From Perna viridis (lineage: Eukaryota), in assembly GCA_037379345.1 (NCBI GenBank), contig CM074515.1:2108001-2172000 (forward strand): a DNA stretch of 64,000 nt, written 5' to 3'. Positions 47,001 to 55,622 of this stretch are shown here, piece after piece. Every line of letters begins with the position of its first letter. Positions within the stretch are counted from its first letter, which is position 1. The position numbers and the translations under genes were made by a program. Below the pieces are notes generated by a model, which worked only from the letters and a program-made list of their open reading frames with translations, was not told the origin of the DNA and did not search any database.

Positions 47001-49786
47001 AAAACAAGTGAAGATGACTCGATTACGGTTTAAACATTAGCGAAATATATATGGTGTTATTTGAGGAAAAAATCTGAACGTAATAGATTTTGTAATTTCC
47101 GATCAGTAGAAGTAAAACAATGATACATTAACAATATAAACACCTGTTTTCATATTGTCTACGGTACAGAGTTCTTCGTCTATCTTGCCATCACAGTCGT
47201 TATCTAGCCCATCACCTTTCACTGTCGGCGTCGGTTTACATGGCTGTAATATAGAAATACAATCTAAAGATCTTGAAAAGACTATAATCTACAAAAAATT
47301 CCGTGTTCATATAACAAGGAACTCTTTAATGTTAAAAAGAAAAGGTAGTACTATTATAGTCGTAAGAGCATTCAAGTTTCCTCAAAATATCGTTATCCAG
47401 AAATAATGACCACGTCTCAGCGTAAACATGACATACAGCAGGACAAGAAAGTCAAATACGGTCATTATAAGTGGTTGACCGAACATTCCGAAAATCATTT
47501 AGTGCAACTAATTCTGCCATTTTTCATTGTACGGTATTTGATTTTTGTGCGTTTTCGAATATGGCTTTTGCCCTTTTAAGACTGGAACTTAGTCTACATA
47601 AAGACAAATATCTTGAAAAAGAAAATTAGTAAAGTTGAACTGCCTTTTATTCTACTCACCGCATTAATTTTTGCCAGTCTCATTCCTGTAGGAAAAGCAT
47701 ACGATTCATGGTATGCATGTCCATACAGATAACTTCCAAATATTGTATACGAGTCTTTGTGCACTACTTGATGAGAACCTTTAGGAATATCTACGTATGT
47801 TCCGACGAGAGACGTTCCTTCAATCGGGTTCCATTTTGTTCCTTTAGGTAAAGGTTTGCCATCCAATAACAAACCATCTTTTTTAGACGCATCAATAACC
47901 AACAGAATTTGATTTTCATATTTAAAGTACTCCGGGTGGGAGTATTCTGGAGTGGCGAAAGTATAACCCGAGTTGAACAACTCGTAGGGCGGTATAATCA
48001 TCATGGACGGATCGGCAGGTTCAAATTTGTTTAATTGACTGAGAACAAATTGCGCCATAAATACAGGCTTTGTAGCATTTATAGATTTATAAGAACTAGA
48101 AGGCAATGTGATTTGTTTCCAGTCACCAGCTTTGGCAAGAGTAAATGAGGGCATACCTGCAATATTGACAACTGTATTGTCTTCACTTGCCACAACACGA
48201 AAGTAATCCCCTACTGTTCGTTTTGGGATAGGAGCCGTTACAAATTTTTTACCCCAGGTATCAACAGGGGTAAGTTGTTCAACAAGATGGTCTTGAAATT
48301 TGCCTTGACCTATGTTCGTTTTAATGTTACCACTATATGCGGATATAGGTTTGTTGCTTTCAATATGCGCCCCTGTTAAATCTCCTACACTCTGTAATTG
48401 GAAGTTTTCATACTTGTCTAGATTCACAGTTATTTTGTCTCCTCCATGGTAAGTTTTCCCTTCAAAAGTAACAGACATATTTATTGCATTTGGCAATGTT
48501 ACGGTGACGACAGTTCCGTCTTGTGTGGCAGCAACACCGAGTTCAGTTTTACGAAATGCTGGTCCATAACACATTGCATAGTACTCGTTGCCGAGGGCGT
48601 CAGTGGGTATCCCACAGAACACGTCGTTAGAATAGTCCTCCTTATTCCCTCCATAGAAAGCAATATCTCCGTCTGACTTAATTAACAACGTTTTCGATGA
48701 TTTCACACTGCCTTTCATTCGGAACTCGTCACTTATATTTAATCTGACGACTTGTCCCGGTTTGACAGTAATAGTTTCTGATACAGGAGGCTGTTTCCAC
48801 TTGGGAGAAGTGATATGAACTTGAACAGGGTGTTTCTCTGACGTTGTTACATACAGTTCAAGGGGAAATATTGTTCCATACTCATCATTTTCCATGAAAG
48901 ACGCAATGAATTCCCTGCCTATATTGTCAGGGGGGCCTATAGAGATAAAGATGAAAACCACAATTGATTTGTTTTTGTCTTAGTGCCGTACTACTATGTG
49001 CTAGTTTTGTTATAGCGTAATATGATTCTGACATGACGAAACGCTCACGTCATTTTTTTGTGTTTGCTTTACACTATATAGTAAAGTGAAATATTTCTAC
49101 TATTAAGTGTCAGTCTTTGTAAGAATCAGGCATAAGTAAAACATGGTATGATAAAAACCACCATTTTAATAGTGAAGTTTGACTATTTGCACGATCAGAA
49201 TCAAACGGAAAAAACAAGATTTTCCATATCATGTTGGTACATCGAGATAAAATTTCATTGAAATGCACTATAAATGAACATAACTGTCAAAAACCTCATT
49301 TTTGCCACATTCTATTTAGAAATTTACGAGCAAATCCAATGATGTAGAGATCAAATAATGGGTCTTTTCAAATAGAGGAAGCACCTTGAGTGGAATTATA
49401 TTGTCAGATCGGTGGGGTTTTGTCATGTATGTTTCTGATTTTTCATATTTAGCCTGATTCTTACAAATATTCACGCTTAAATCATGCTACCTGTGTTGTA
49501 TTTTTGTTAATGTGAGTGGTTCTCTTTTTTTTGTTTTTTGTTTTGCTGTTTTTCAGGGGACGATTTTTAATCAGTTATGAGTAACAAGTCGCGTGGCTGT
49601 ACACTGACATTCCTTTGGTGCAGTAATATCATAGCAAACAGATCACCGAAATTTGTTAAAATCCGATAAAACTTACAAACAATGATGATTTATGACGGAC
49701 AGTTTTATCACAGAAGATGACTTACCTTGCCCGAAAGACAAAGTGAACCACGTAATGAGTACTAATAGCTTCCGTTCTACCGCCAT
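1822..49786 (-). CDS. Giant secreted multidomain protein, 47 coding exons seen: signal peptide, IgGFc-binding N-terminal domain, acidic Cys/Asp motifs, TSP1, then 21 x (A-type + B-type chitin-binding type-2-like domain); ~3,690 aa, 3' end uncertain
   Basis: All exons have GT-AG boundaries with compatible phases and join into one reading frame; summed exon length 11,065 nt by hand. Domains recognised from motifs, not from a database search. Confidence 0.88.
2516..2728 (-). CDS. Array exon A21
   Basis: TIPEYCKAHP..NCVQYYNC..ECPYPDMFS; 213 nt. Confidence 0.87.
2952..3179 (-). CDS. Array exon B20
   Basis: EYVKNLC..CPGRLPSC..CDRNRT; 228 nt. Confidence 0.87.
3281..3413. repeat. 33-bp minisatellite x4
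   Basis: AGATACTGTCAAGCCAGCTTGTGTTATATTACA. Confidence 0.9.
4245..4457 (-). CDS. Array exon A20
   Basis: DIPDYCQSH..NCGHYFNC..ECKYPDLFS; 213 nt. Confidence 0.88.
4769..4996 (-). CDS. Array exon B19
   Basis: EYEQNLC..CSSRLPSC..CYRNRT; 228 nt. Confidence 0.88.
5247..5385. repeat. 46-bp tandem repeat x3 containing the A19 exon end and donor
   Basis: Donor CTTAC (plus strand) ends at 5268, 5314 and 5360. Confidence 0.9.
5361..5573 (-). CDS. Array exon A19
   Basis: NLHSYCQANP..NCAKYIDC..YGDYIKECKYPDLF; 213 nt. Confidence 0.87.
5879..6443. repeat. 32-bp minisatellite x~17 with 160-bp higher-order period
   Basis: CTATAGCTGAACAACCATAGGTTTAACATGTA; variant order recurs at 5881, 6041 and 6201. Confidence 0.92.
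7009..7239 (-). CDS. Array exon B18
   Basis: EYNQNLC..CQSRLPSC..CLTNRTIAVRHC; 231 nt. Confidence 0.88.
7862..8065 (-). CDS. Array exon A18
   Basis: DVPPYCQANP..NCGRYYNC..ECTYPDLY; 204 nt. Confidence 0.88.
8305..8633. repeat. 82-84-bp tandem repeat x4 containing the B17 exon end and donor
   Basis: Donor ACTAAC ends at 8330, 8414, 8498 and 8580. Confidence 0.92.
8581..8802 (-). CDS. Array exon B17
   Basis: EYDVNAC..CPDRLPSC..CYKNRT; 222 nt. Confidence 0.86.
9183..9428 (-). CDS. Array exon A17
   Basis: DVKEYCKTNP..NCAHYYNC, 24-aa loop, ECTYPDLY; 246 nt. Confidence 0.88.
9898..10125 (-). CDS. Array exon B16
   Basis: EYTQNQC..CPGRLPSC..CYKNRT; 228 nt. Confidence 0.88.
10382..10482. repeat. 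19-bp minisatellite x5
   Basis: CAGTATTGAYATTCCTTGT. Confidence 0.8.
10638..10832 (-). CDS. Array exon A16
   Basis: DVQEYCKVH..NCAKYYNCSNAQHQEC; 195 nt. Confidence 0.88.
10891..11142. repeat. 42-bp minisatellite x6
   Basis: CTAGGGATACCCCTGCTTACAACATACAGCACCTTTGTGTTG. Confidence 0.9.
11632..11862 (-). CDS. Array exon B15
   Basis: EYQQNLC..CPDRLPSC..CYKNRT; 231 nt. Confidence 0.88.
12022..13286. repeat. ~31-bp minisatellite x~40
   Basis: TTAGAAACCACCTGTATACAGCAATAACCTC and variants. Confidence 0.92.
13311..13547 (-). CDS. Array exon A15
   Basis: DVPDYCGANP..NCGRYYNC..ECRYPDLF; 237 nt. Confidence 0.88.
13661..14000. repeat. Composite ~95-120-bp tandem repeat x3
   Basis: TTGTCTGATTTGTTAAGGTGTTTG plus nested GAGTGAGTAYTCTATTGAGGTAG subunits. 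Confidence 0.85.
14035..14206. mobile_element. DINE-1/HINE-like end fragment
   Basis: GGACAGACAG microsatellite followed by hairpin TATACCCC..GGGGTATA; similar ends near 16385-16462 and 28470-28540. Confidence 0.45.
14645..15217. repeat. ~43-bp minisatellite x13 abutting the B14 donor
   Basis: GTACATACCAGTGGACCACTAGTGTACCTCAGTATA... Confidence 0.9.
15229..15456 (-). CDS. Array exon B14
   Basis: EYVQNVC..CSNRLPSC..CDRNRT; 228 nt. Confidence 0.88.
15676..16066. repeat. 70-bp tandem repeat x5 containing the A14 exon end and donor
   Basis: Donor CTTAC ends at 15731, 15801, 15871, 15941 and 16012. Confidence 0.92.
16013..16225 (-). CDS. Array exon A14
   Basis: NVDNVCGANP..NCGQYYNC..YGHHMKEC; 213 nt; alternative in-frame acceptor 9 nt inside. 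Confidence 0.86.
16596..16826 (-). CDS. Array exon B13
   Basis: EYEENKC..CPERLPSC..CLRNRTMAVRNC; 231 nt. Confidence 0.88.
17115..17309 (-). CDS. Array exon A13
   Basis: DVPDYCKAHP..NCAKLYNCTDGQHKECTYPDLY; 195 nt. Confidence 0.88.
17684..17914 (-). CDS. Array exon B12
   Basis: EYVQNLC..CPQRLPSC..CYKNRT; 231 nt. Confidence 0.88.
18139..18366 (-). CDS. Array exon A12
   Basis: DVPGYCKANP..NCAHYFDC..ECTYPDLFD; 228 nt. Confidence 0.88.
18879..19106 (-). CDS. Array exon B11
   Basis: EYEQNQC..CPDRLPTC..CYKNRT; 228 nt. Confidence 0.87.
19383..20317. repeat. 52-bp minisatellite x~18 with 260-bp higher-order period
   Basis: TGGGCCTTTCTCTATAGAAATGATCAGAAACACCAGACCATCAATATTTTAC; variants AGACTATC at 19631/19891 and TAGCCC at 19701/19961. 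Confidence 0.93.
20490..20729 (-). CDS. Array exon A11
   Basis: DIPQYCIAHP..NCAHYYNC..ECPYPDLYD; 240 nt. Confidence 0.88.
21195..21506. repeat. Degenerate ~55-58-bp repeat containing the B10 exon end and donor
   Basis: TTACCTTTGGGAACATCA..GACATTTCTGAGTCAAATGACAT units; donors at 21474, 21416, 21362 and weaker ones beyond. Confidence 0.75.
21475..21708 (-). CDS. Array exon B10
   Basis: Near copy of B6; 234 nt. Confidence 0.87.
22538..22750 (-). CDS. Array exon A10
   Basis: Near copy of A6; 213 nt. Confidence 0.88.
24327..24557 (-). CDS. Array exon B9
   Basis: Near copy of B5; 231 nt. Confidence 0.88.
24937..25149 (-). CDS. Array exon A9
   Basis: Near copy of A5; 213 nt. Confidence 0.88.
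25452..26167. mobile_element. Second degenerate copy of the HINE-like element
   Basis: AAACTAGAGGCCCC..GCTCACTTGG start and CTCAC..GTGAGCTAA end; further relics near 23040-24095, 26570-27000 and 39125-39440. Confidence 0.45.
26194..26424 (-). CDS. Array exon B8
   Basis: DYQQNLC..CPDRLPSC..CYKNRT; 231 nt. Confidence 0.87.
27159..27398 (-). CDS. Array exon A8
   Basis: Near copy of A4/A7; 240 nt. Confidence 0.88.
28600..28830 (-). CDS. Array exon B7
   Basis: Near copy of B4/B8; 231 nt. Confidence 0.87.
29969..30208 (-). CDS. Array exon A7
   Basis: DVPDYCQAHPSDVLPDPDNC..; 240 nt; near copy of A4/A8. Confidence 0.88.
30985..31337. repeat. ~57-bp repeat x6 containing the B6 exon end and donor
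   Basis: Donor-like sites end at 31020, 31077, 31135, 31189, 31247 and 31305. Confidence 0.85.
31306..31539 (-). CDS. Array exon B6
   Basis: EYLQNKYAC..CPKRLPSCVGHPDG..CYKNRT; 234 nt. Confidence 0.87.
32462..32674 (-). CDS. Array exon A6
   Basis: NIDAFCQANP..TCGQYYNC..YGHHLMECQYPDLF; 213 nt. Confidence 0.88.
33040..33243 (-). mobile_element. tRNA-derived SINE fragment
   Basis: Minus strand reads GTGCTCACCTTAAGTGAGGTAGATCATGGGTTTGAACCC..CCAAAGACT (B-box-like head plus core); related relic at ~35295-35545. Confidence 0.5.
33481..33711 (-). CDS. Array exon B5
   Basis: EYDQNLC..CPKRLPSCRG..CLQNRTMAVRHC; 231 nt. Confidence 0.88.
34913..35125 (-). CDS. Array exon A5
   Basis: DVPDYCSTHP..NCAKYYNC..ECIYPDLFS; 213 nt. 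Confidence 0.88.
35651..35881 (-). CDS. Array exon B4
   Basis: EYQQNIC..CPDRLPSCVGKPDGEQPFPTKMW..CYKNRT; 231 nt. Confidence 0.88.
37292..37531 (-). CDS. Array exon A4
   Basis: DLPDYCKAHPSDVLPDPDNCAHYFNC..ECQYPDLFD; 240 nt. Confidence 0.88.
37954..38175 (-). CDS. Array exon B3
   Basis: EYNQNHQCTGCKPCPQRLPSC..CYKNRT; 222 nt. Confidence 0.88.
38240..38600. mobile_element. Abundant mussel-type interspersed repeat
   Basis: GATGTGGTATGATTGCCAAT..ATCCACCAAA start also present at ~51765-51820. Confidence 0.45.
39476..39673 (-). CDS. Array exon A3
   Basis: EVPDFCKANP..NCAEFYNC..ECQYPDLFS; 198 nt. Confidence 0.88.
40984..41797. mobile_element. Non-autonomous DNA transposon, IS3EU-like, filled with TTTTCTAATATTAGAAAA-type quasi-palindromes
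   Basis: 26-bp TIRs TATGG(C/T)AAGCCAAAGTGGA(C/T)AAAAAT with 2 mismatches; perfect 6-bp TSD CATAAC at 40978-40983 and 41798-41803. Confidence 0.8.
42428..42886. mobile_element. Second IS3EU-like non-autonomous element with a nested retro-derived repeat (~42535-42760)
   Basis: 23-bp TIRs TATGGCAC(C/G)CC(G/A)TATTTATATTT; flanks GAAGCG and GAAGCT (6-bp TSD, 1 mismatch). Confidence 0.7.
43622..43855 (-). CDS. Array exon B2
   Basis: EYDQNKC..CPDRLPSCVGLPDG..W..CYKNRT; 234 nt. Confidence 0.88.
44384..44581 (-). CDS. Array exon A2
   Basis: FYCKKHPQDKIPDIRNCAKYHDC..ECTYPDLFS..EPMAP; 198 nt. Confidence 0.87.
44941..45165 (-). CDS. Array exon B1 (Cys linker + 4-Cys CBM14 variant)
   Basis: EYVQNKC..CPKRLPSCIG..CYRNRT; 225 nt. 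Confidence 0.88.
45779..45994 (-). CDS. Array exon A1 (6-Cys CBM14/peritrophin-A-like)
   Basis: DPNIACKNNP..DCAQYYDC..ECTYPDLFS..RPEPQAP; AG/GT, 216 nt. Confidence 0.88.
46316..46492 (-). CDS. Exon: thrombospondin type-1 domain
   Basis: DGDWGQWGPWSGACSVTCGQGVFVRNRTCDNPAPMYNGKNCTG...C (WxxWxxW, CSVTCG, RxRxC); not represented in the ORF track in this frame. Confidence 0.92.
46872..46922 (-). CDS. 51-nt exon: DDDGDGRVDEDCTDPTP
   Basis: ttttag acceptor, gtaagt donor, phase 1-1, DxDGDG motif. Confidence 0.8.
47144..47243 (-). CDS. Exon: acidic motif PCKPTPTVKGDGLDNDCDGKIDEELCTVDNMKT
   Basis: cag acceptor, phase 0-1; DGxDNDCDGxxDE putative metal-binding repeat. Confidence 0.8.
47660..48936 (-). 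CDS. Exon: IgGFc-binding protein N-terminal-type domain (~425 aa)
   Basis: Motifs GREFIASFMEN, PTDALGNEYY, DLTGAHIESNKPISAYSGN, DHLVEQLTPVDTWGKKF, ADPSMMIIPP, ESYAFPTG; tag|GC acceptor and GCG|gtgagt donor. Confidence 0.92.
49107..49476. mobile_element. TTAA-flanked MITE (Kolobok/piggyBac-type target site)
   Basis: Imperfect TIRs with core TTTGTAAGAATCAGGC; TTAA at 49103-49106 and 49477-49480; related partial copy at ~57190-57312. Confidence 0.6.
49726..49786 (-). CDS. Coding exon 1: signal peptide MAVERKLLVLITWFTLSFGQ
   Basis: ATG in AGGATGG context, basic then hydrophobic stretch, donor AAG|gtaagt; phase 1 matches next exon. Confidence 0.8.
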
Positions 49787-50486
49787 CCTGAGTATCTAGT
49801 ATACAGTATTAATGAAAAACAACATTTTAGTTAAACCCATTGTGTTTTGTTTTTTATATTTGTTTTTGTTTTTTTTCTTTTTTTTTTTTTTGTTTTTTTT
49901 TTTTTGTTTTTTTTTTTTGTCTTCACCTTTGTTTATCTACTATAGAAATCTAACTCTCTTCGATTGTAAAATTTATGATTATATGTATAAAACGGTACCG
50001 TAACCTTTTGCACGTGAAAAAGTTTAGTGCTGTGAAAATACTTTCCAAGTTGAAAGGTCTGTTAGTATAAATCATACATTCATACTAAGTCAAAAATAAA
50101 TCAGTGAGAAATAGATTATTTATATGTACATATGCCAGTCACCAGGACAAAACTATATTTCATTCGTTTTTAGCTATTTCTTTTCTTTTCACTTAAGTTC
50201 CGGGTATTGAAACCAAATGAAACCTAAATATTGCATCGCTAAATTCCTAAAGTTTAAATTGTTAAACGTCTTTATAATATTCGTTAATCTAAAATCTAAA
50301 GCTTTAGCATGTTATGTATATTTGTTTAAACGAATGAGTCGCGTTCTGATTAAAATTTTATTGTTCAAATCAAATAAAAAAATATATACAAACTCAAGAA
50401 TATTTCGACAATGGCAAAGAACAAGAAATAAAAAGACGGGGAATGCTGACAACATGGATTATACATGTAATTTAAAATATTGTCTC

Positions 50487-50519
<33 letters not shown>

Positions 50520-51050
50520 TGGAAAGGTGTAGGGGCGTTATGCTATGAATATTGTCTGAAAATATCACATTTGTTGTAATTGCGCAAAAGTTGTTCATAA
50601 CACAGTAAAATATATTGAATAACAAAATTATGTCCACACCCAAGAAACATCTTTATCTTAACTATGTAATAATGAATGTATTCACTAAATATGAAGTTGT
50701 TTCTTGGGTGTAGACACCATTTCCTTACCGAAAAAAAATTACCAGAAAGTTACCAAAAAGTACAAAATTTGACAGAATTTCTGAATATTTGTAAAGTTCA
50801 AGCAATTCTTATGTCCTTTCGAAGCAAGAATTATCAGAAGTTTTATGTTTCCTCGTTTGTGATGGATTCAAGTCTCCATATTCATAATCAATTAAACCAT
50901 TCAACATTTAATGATTCAATTAATTTTCAGTTGAATTTTACGCCAATAAGACCCTCTATCGCCCTCCTCCTTTGAAATGTGAAATTAAAACAGACATGTC
51001 CCTGGCTGCAATCATTTTTTTAAAACCGAAACATTTCTTTCTCATCTTAC

Positions 51051-51111
51051 CTTTCAGGGGAGACGGAAGCCTATATTTGACCAGAATGACCCCCGAAGTA
51101 TTTCTTTTATA
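51051..51111 (-). promoter_or_regulatory. Candidate core promoter and short non-coding first exon of the giant gene
   Basis: Minus-strand TATAAAAG at 51111-51104, Inr-like TCATTC/TCAAAT 24-33 nt downstream, then a strong donor AAG|GTAAG at 51050; AG acceptors lie just upstream of ATG 49786. Confidence 0.45.
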
Positions 51112-53384
51112 GGGAGGCATGGCGCTGTTTACAATCTAAGGGGCTGATTTTAACTATCTTTGAAAATTAATGTGCTTGACAAGAAGTTACGACGTAAAAG
51201 GGCAATTAATTACAGCTAGCTTCCTCCCTAATGCGTTATTTACTTTTTAATTACTTAAGTAAATCTCTTCTGTATTTCCTTCCTGACTTTTCCTCTGGTC
51301 TATGGAGGGTCATTGATAAGCCTTTGATAAATTGAAAATTACAATTAGAAACGGCCTGTTATACTGTTATTTCTTACCAAGTCCTTTAACATTTTGTATG
51401 ATCAGGAATAGCCGCTTTGGAATGTTTCACCGAACCAGGCGTAACTTGGCGTCAGCTTTTGGTGTGTTCTGACATCAACGGCATCATAACAGTAAGCATT
51501 CTTTGAATATCTAAAGAATGTTGTTGTTAGAGACTTTGCAAATTACACAATTCTAGCAAATAGTTTTAAAGTACACGCGTCCCCACCGTAGATATTCTAA
51601 TTGTTATGTCCTTTTACGTTTCACGTAATCACTGCCATGTTTACCTTGTTTTGTAATTAAATTATTTCTATATACTTGATATATACTTTACTAGTTTATT
51701 TTGTTTTCTGTTCATGTGTGTGTGCTGCTATCGTCTGTTTTCTGTTTTTAATTATAAAAAAATAAGTGATGTTGTATGATTACCAATGAGGTAGTTATCC
51801 ACCAAATGCCAAGCAATGTACAACTTCTAAAACCATTTCAAACTCCTCAATCATTAGCTTTAAAAGAGAACAATAATTATAAAATTTCAATGCAATGTTT
51901 TGGTCGAAGATAGAATATTCCAGTTTAATACTATGTAATGTAAACATTTTTTTGCCTTTTACTTTTTGTCTTTATTTATTTATCATTTCTGTCCTTCTTT
52001 TTCTTATTTATAATTTTTGTATGTTTGAGTTTATGTAATCTTCATTTTAAACTAATTGTTTTGCTTACTGGTATGAATGAATATAAAAAGTGACCACTAA
52101 CACCGACAACTAACTCCGAAATGAAAATGACAGATGATTTTGAAGTGTTTACGATGGTCCGTTTTATTGCAAACACAAAACCTGTTTTTAATGTGTGCAA
52201 TTTCCAAACTCATCAGATTTTATCTATAATTTTGTCAAGAGGAGAGTGATAATATATTTGTTTTTAGGTGATTAATTCATGTTTTTGAAGTCTCGTTATC
52301 TGGAATGGGCGAAAAGTGTTAGATAGTTCTGTAACTTAGGGTTTTGTAAGTATGGTTTTCTATCATAACCATGTTTCAATTTTTATCCTCCCATGCCTGA
52401 TTCCTATTCACTGGAATGTGAAATACAGTTTCAGGCCATCCTCATTAGTTTATAATAGTCAAGAAAAACGTGAGTGACTGGTGACTATTCTTATAACTAG
52501 ATTAAGCATCTATACAAATAAATTCTAATTGGACTTTTGTCCTCAAAACGATAATTTATATTTATTTTGTTATCGAATCTCTGGTTATATAGCCATATGT
52601 TTTTGTAATAGTTGTTTGTGTTACAGTGCGCAAAGTTTGCTCTGTTTCCAAATGTTTAAGCCCGATAATATTAACTAGCAATTCCCTCCACATGAAGCAC
52701 TTTCTGGTTTATGGCGTATCATTCCGCTAGCTTATCAGTCTACTTAAAATTAGACCTTGCAAGGGTTTTTTTTATAGTTTTTATGTTCGCAAGCAAAACA
52801 AATAATAAATCGGAGGGGCGCAAAAGAAGAACTGACGCAAAAGAGTTGTAGTGCAAAAGGAAAACGCCCCCAAAAATCATAATCCAGCCAAATCGATTCA
52901 TAGGCCACAATACCATCCTATACTAACTTGTATAACGAGCTTGGATTAGTTATGATACTGGCAGAGGTGTACAAGCTTTGAAACTTTCAAGTTCGTTATT
53001 TAACATGCTACTTATAGGCCTGTCCGTATTTTTTTCTGAATATCATGTATGCTTAGTCAGTTCTTCAGCTAGGTACAATAAGTACGGGAAAGAATCCAGC
53101 GGAATCACAGTACAAAATGCTCAAAAACGCTAGGTACTATAGTGCGATCCTCGTTTATTTTAACATGTGTTACATGTAATAGTTTCGTGAAGTTTTGATC
53201 GGTATGGAACGTCAAATCCACAGAAACTGTAATAATTGAACCTCTCTTAAAACAGTCCAGCTGAATCGCTCCCAAATTATTTTTGAAAGTCTAACTGCCA
53301 ACTCAAGCCCTAAAGATAACTAAAGGACTATCATAAAATTATATTGAACTTGTAGGAAAGACATGTCAAGTTCAAAGAACTTGT

Positions 53385-53815
53385 GTTAAAGGATACTATA
53401 GACATTGTGGAATCAGTCTCATTTTCTTGACATAAACTTAGAGATCGATGGTAAAGAAACTATACGACAAACGCAATGACTTTTCATTTCGTATTGTCAA
53501 CTTTTCTTTCATCTGTGTCAACATCCCTTCAGCACCTGCGAATGGAGTTTTTATATCACATCACAACTCGTACTTTATGCAAAAGTTTTTAGACTTTTTG
53601 TATCGCGGTAGACAACTAATAATTAGGCTTCTGGGACAGGGTTATGTTGCTACGAAATTGAAGTCATCACTACAGAAGTTGTATGGTCGTCATCATGAAC
53701 TTTACGGTGTATCCATCTGCACCATGGCAGCCGAATTGTTCGAGTCATAATTTTCCTTTCCTCTTTCGTCTACCCAGGACTTGACTTAGAAAAGCACAGA
53801 ACGTTTAACCTACCG
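53385..53815 (+). mobile_element. Degenerate Penelope-like retroelement fragment (RT C-terminal region)
   Basis: KLYDKRNDFSFRIVNF..NIPSAPANGVFIS..LLGQGY..KLKSSLQKLYGRHHEL resembles the RT C-terminal motif of abundant bivalve retroelements; recognised from memory. Confidence 0.65.
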
Positions 53816-54791
53816 GTGCAAAGAAGGGGGTTGTTAGGACATTATTTGCCATTTTTGTCAATTTTACACATGAAAATGAAAAGATTTTCCAATAAAAATG
53901 AGGGGAAGGGTGTCAACCCCCTGCCCGCCCTATGGACCCACCACTGGATTTATGATTTGACACTAGATCTCGAGCTTCCCGTTTCGTTGGACTTCTGACA
54001 GTAGCGAAATTGACATTAAAACAACTAAAAGTCATCTTGGTTTATTGTTTATAACTCGTTTGAAATCAATCGAAGCTGTCATATCTGCGTGCGAAAAGTG
54101 TAAACGGTCTTTTCACGGAATGTTTGGTGTTTCGAGCTATCATTAAGAGGTGAACTTTACTACAAATTTCAGACTTTATCGAACCGAAGTAATTCTGTCA
54201 GTTCTACATGGATGTGAGCTATGGAGTACTATGACATTACATAACACCCAGGCATTGAGAACATTTCAGCATACCTGTTTTTTTAAGTGCATCCAGGGTC
54301 TGCGAAAATGTACAAGATCACTAATTGTAGTCTACTGTATGAAATTGACATTAGAAAGCTTGATTCTTCCAAAAACTTACACTTAGAACAGAAACTGTCA
54401 CCAAATGTATATTCCTGTATAGACTTTACATTTACCTAGGTAGTGAGGAACTTTTGGCGTTTCGCCTGACTGCTTTACGCTTTAGGAGTACGATATTAAG
54501 GACTACACTGACAATTTCCTTGGAGACAAAACTTTTCTAGTAAAACCCTATGAACATATGATGATCTGTGTGAGCTAGACAAAGGCAGAAACTATGGTCA
54601 GCAAGAGTGATTATTCATGTATTATAGCGAATGGAAATATAGGGAGTTATGTCAATTCGTTGGTTGGCGTGCTGCTTAATCAAAAACAAGACGTAACAAT
54701 GCATCTGTTCCTGCAAAAACTCTAACGCGTATACCTGAATCTGACACTAAAACTTGTGTTAAATGTGGATTAAGCTACAATGACACTATGA

Positions 54792-54794
<3 letters not shown>

Positions 54795-54827
<33 letters not shown>
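54795..54827. repeat. (TG)n microsatellite
   Basis: Direct reading. Confidence 0.95.
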
Positions 54828-54830
<3 letters not shown>

Positions 54831-55490
54831 AATCCATCTGCATTGTTCATCATATTTAGGCTGACACCACTATCCTATAATGTTTTGTTTCGATTATTCT
54901 AGACAGTACCGTTAAATTTCATTACAAAAAAAAATATAATGATTTAATAGATTTTTCATTACATAAAATGAACAAATGCGGTAATGAGTAAACAAACATA
55001 TTCGCTTCGGTATCGGGTACGAGAACACAATTAATTCCCCTTGGTTTTCGTTGTTTAGTTCCAACTTTGGTAGTAGGTACCTTCCACATTTACTGGAAAC
55101 TTATTTGCTGAAGTTTTGCCTCTAATTGGTAGAAAATAGGTTAAATTACATGGGATTATTTTTCATTAATCAATTCTGACTAAAAGTTGTGATTTGGTTC
55201 AGTGGAAGAAGGTTAAAATTTAGGACTTTTTAACTCAGTTCATTTGTCATGTTTACCGCATCTCCGAGTTATATGTATTAATTTCAGAAAATGACGGTAA
55301 AATTTTCTACAATTTATCTATAAATTCCTGTTTGTACATATTTTTAGGCCAGAGAAGTTTTATTCAGTTTGCGCCGGTGGAATGTTTTTTAATCTGCTCA
55401 AATGTGTATATTGAAATGCACTTGAAAATTAATTGTGGTCTAGTGCCATCACTGTGACGCTTAACTATGGTAGTATGCAATCGGAACTCC

Positions 55491-55622
55491 NNNNNNNNNN
55501 NNNNNNNNNNNNNNNNNNNNNNNNNNNNNNNNNNNNNNNNNNNNNNNNNNNNNNNNNNNNNNNNNNNNNNNNNNNNNNNNNNNNNNNNNNNNNNNNNNNN
55601 NNNNNNNNNNNNNNNNNNNNNN
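55491..55622. other. Assembly gap (132 N)
   Basis: Run of N; flanks carry an inverted repeat CAATCGGAACT / AGTTCCGATTG. Confidence 0.99.

Noticed and set aside
47594-48961. Stand-alone 455-aa gene or true FCGBP ortholog
   Set aside because: ORF ends are intronic read-through, and no VWD/C8/TIL repeats follow, so no gene symbol is assigned.
49812-50643. Phe/Lys-rich ORFs
   Set aside because: Derived from poly-T tracts in a probable 5' intron.
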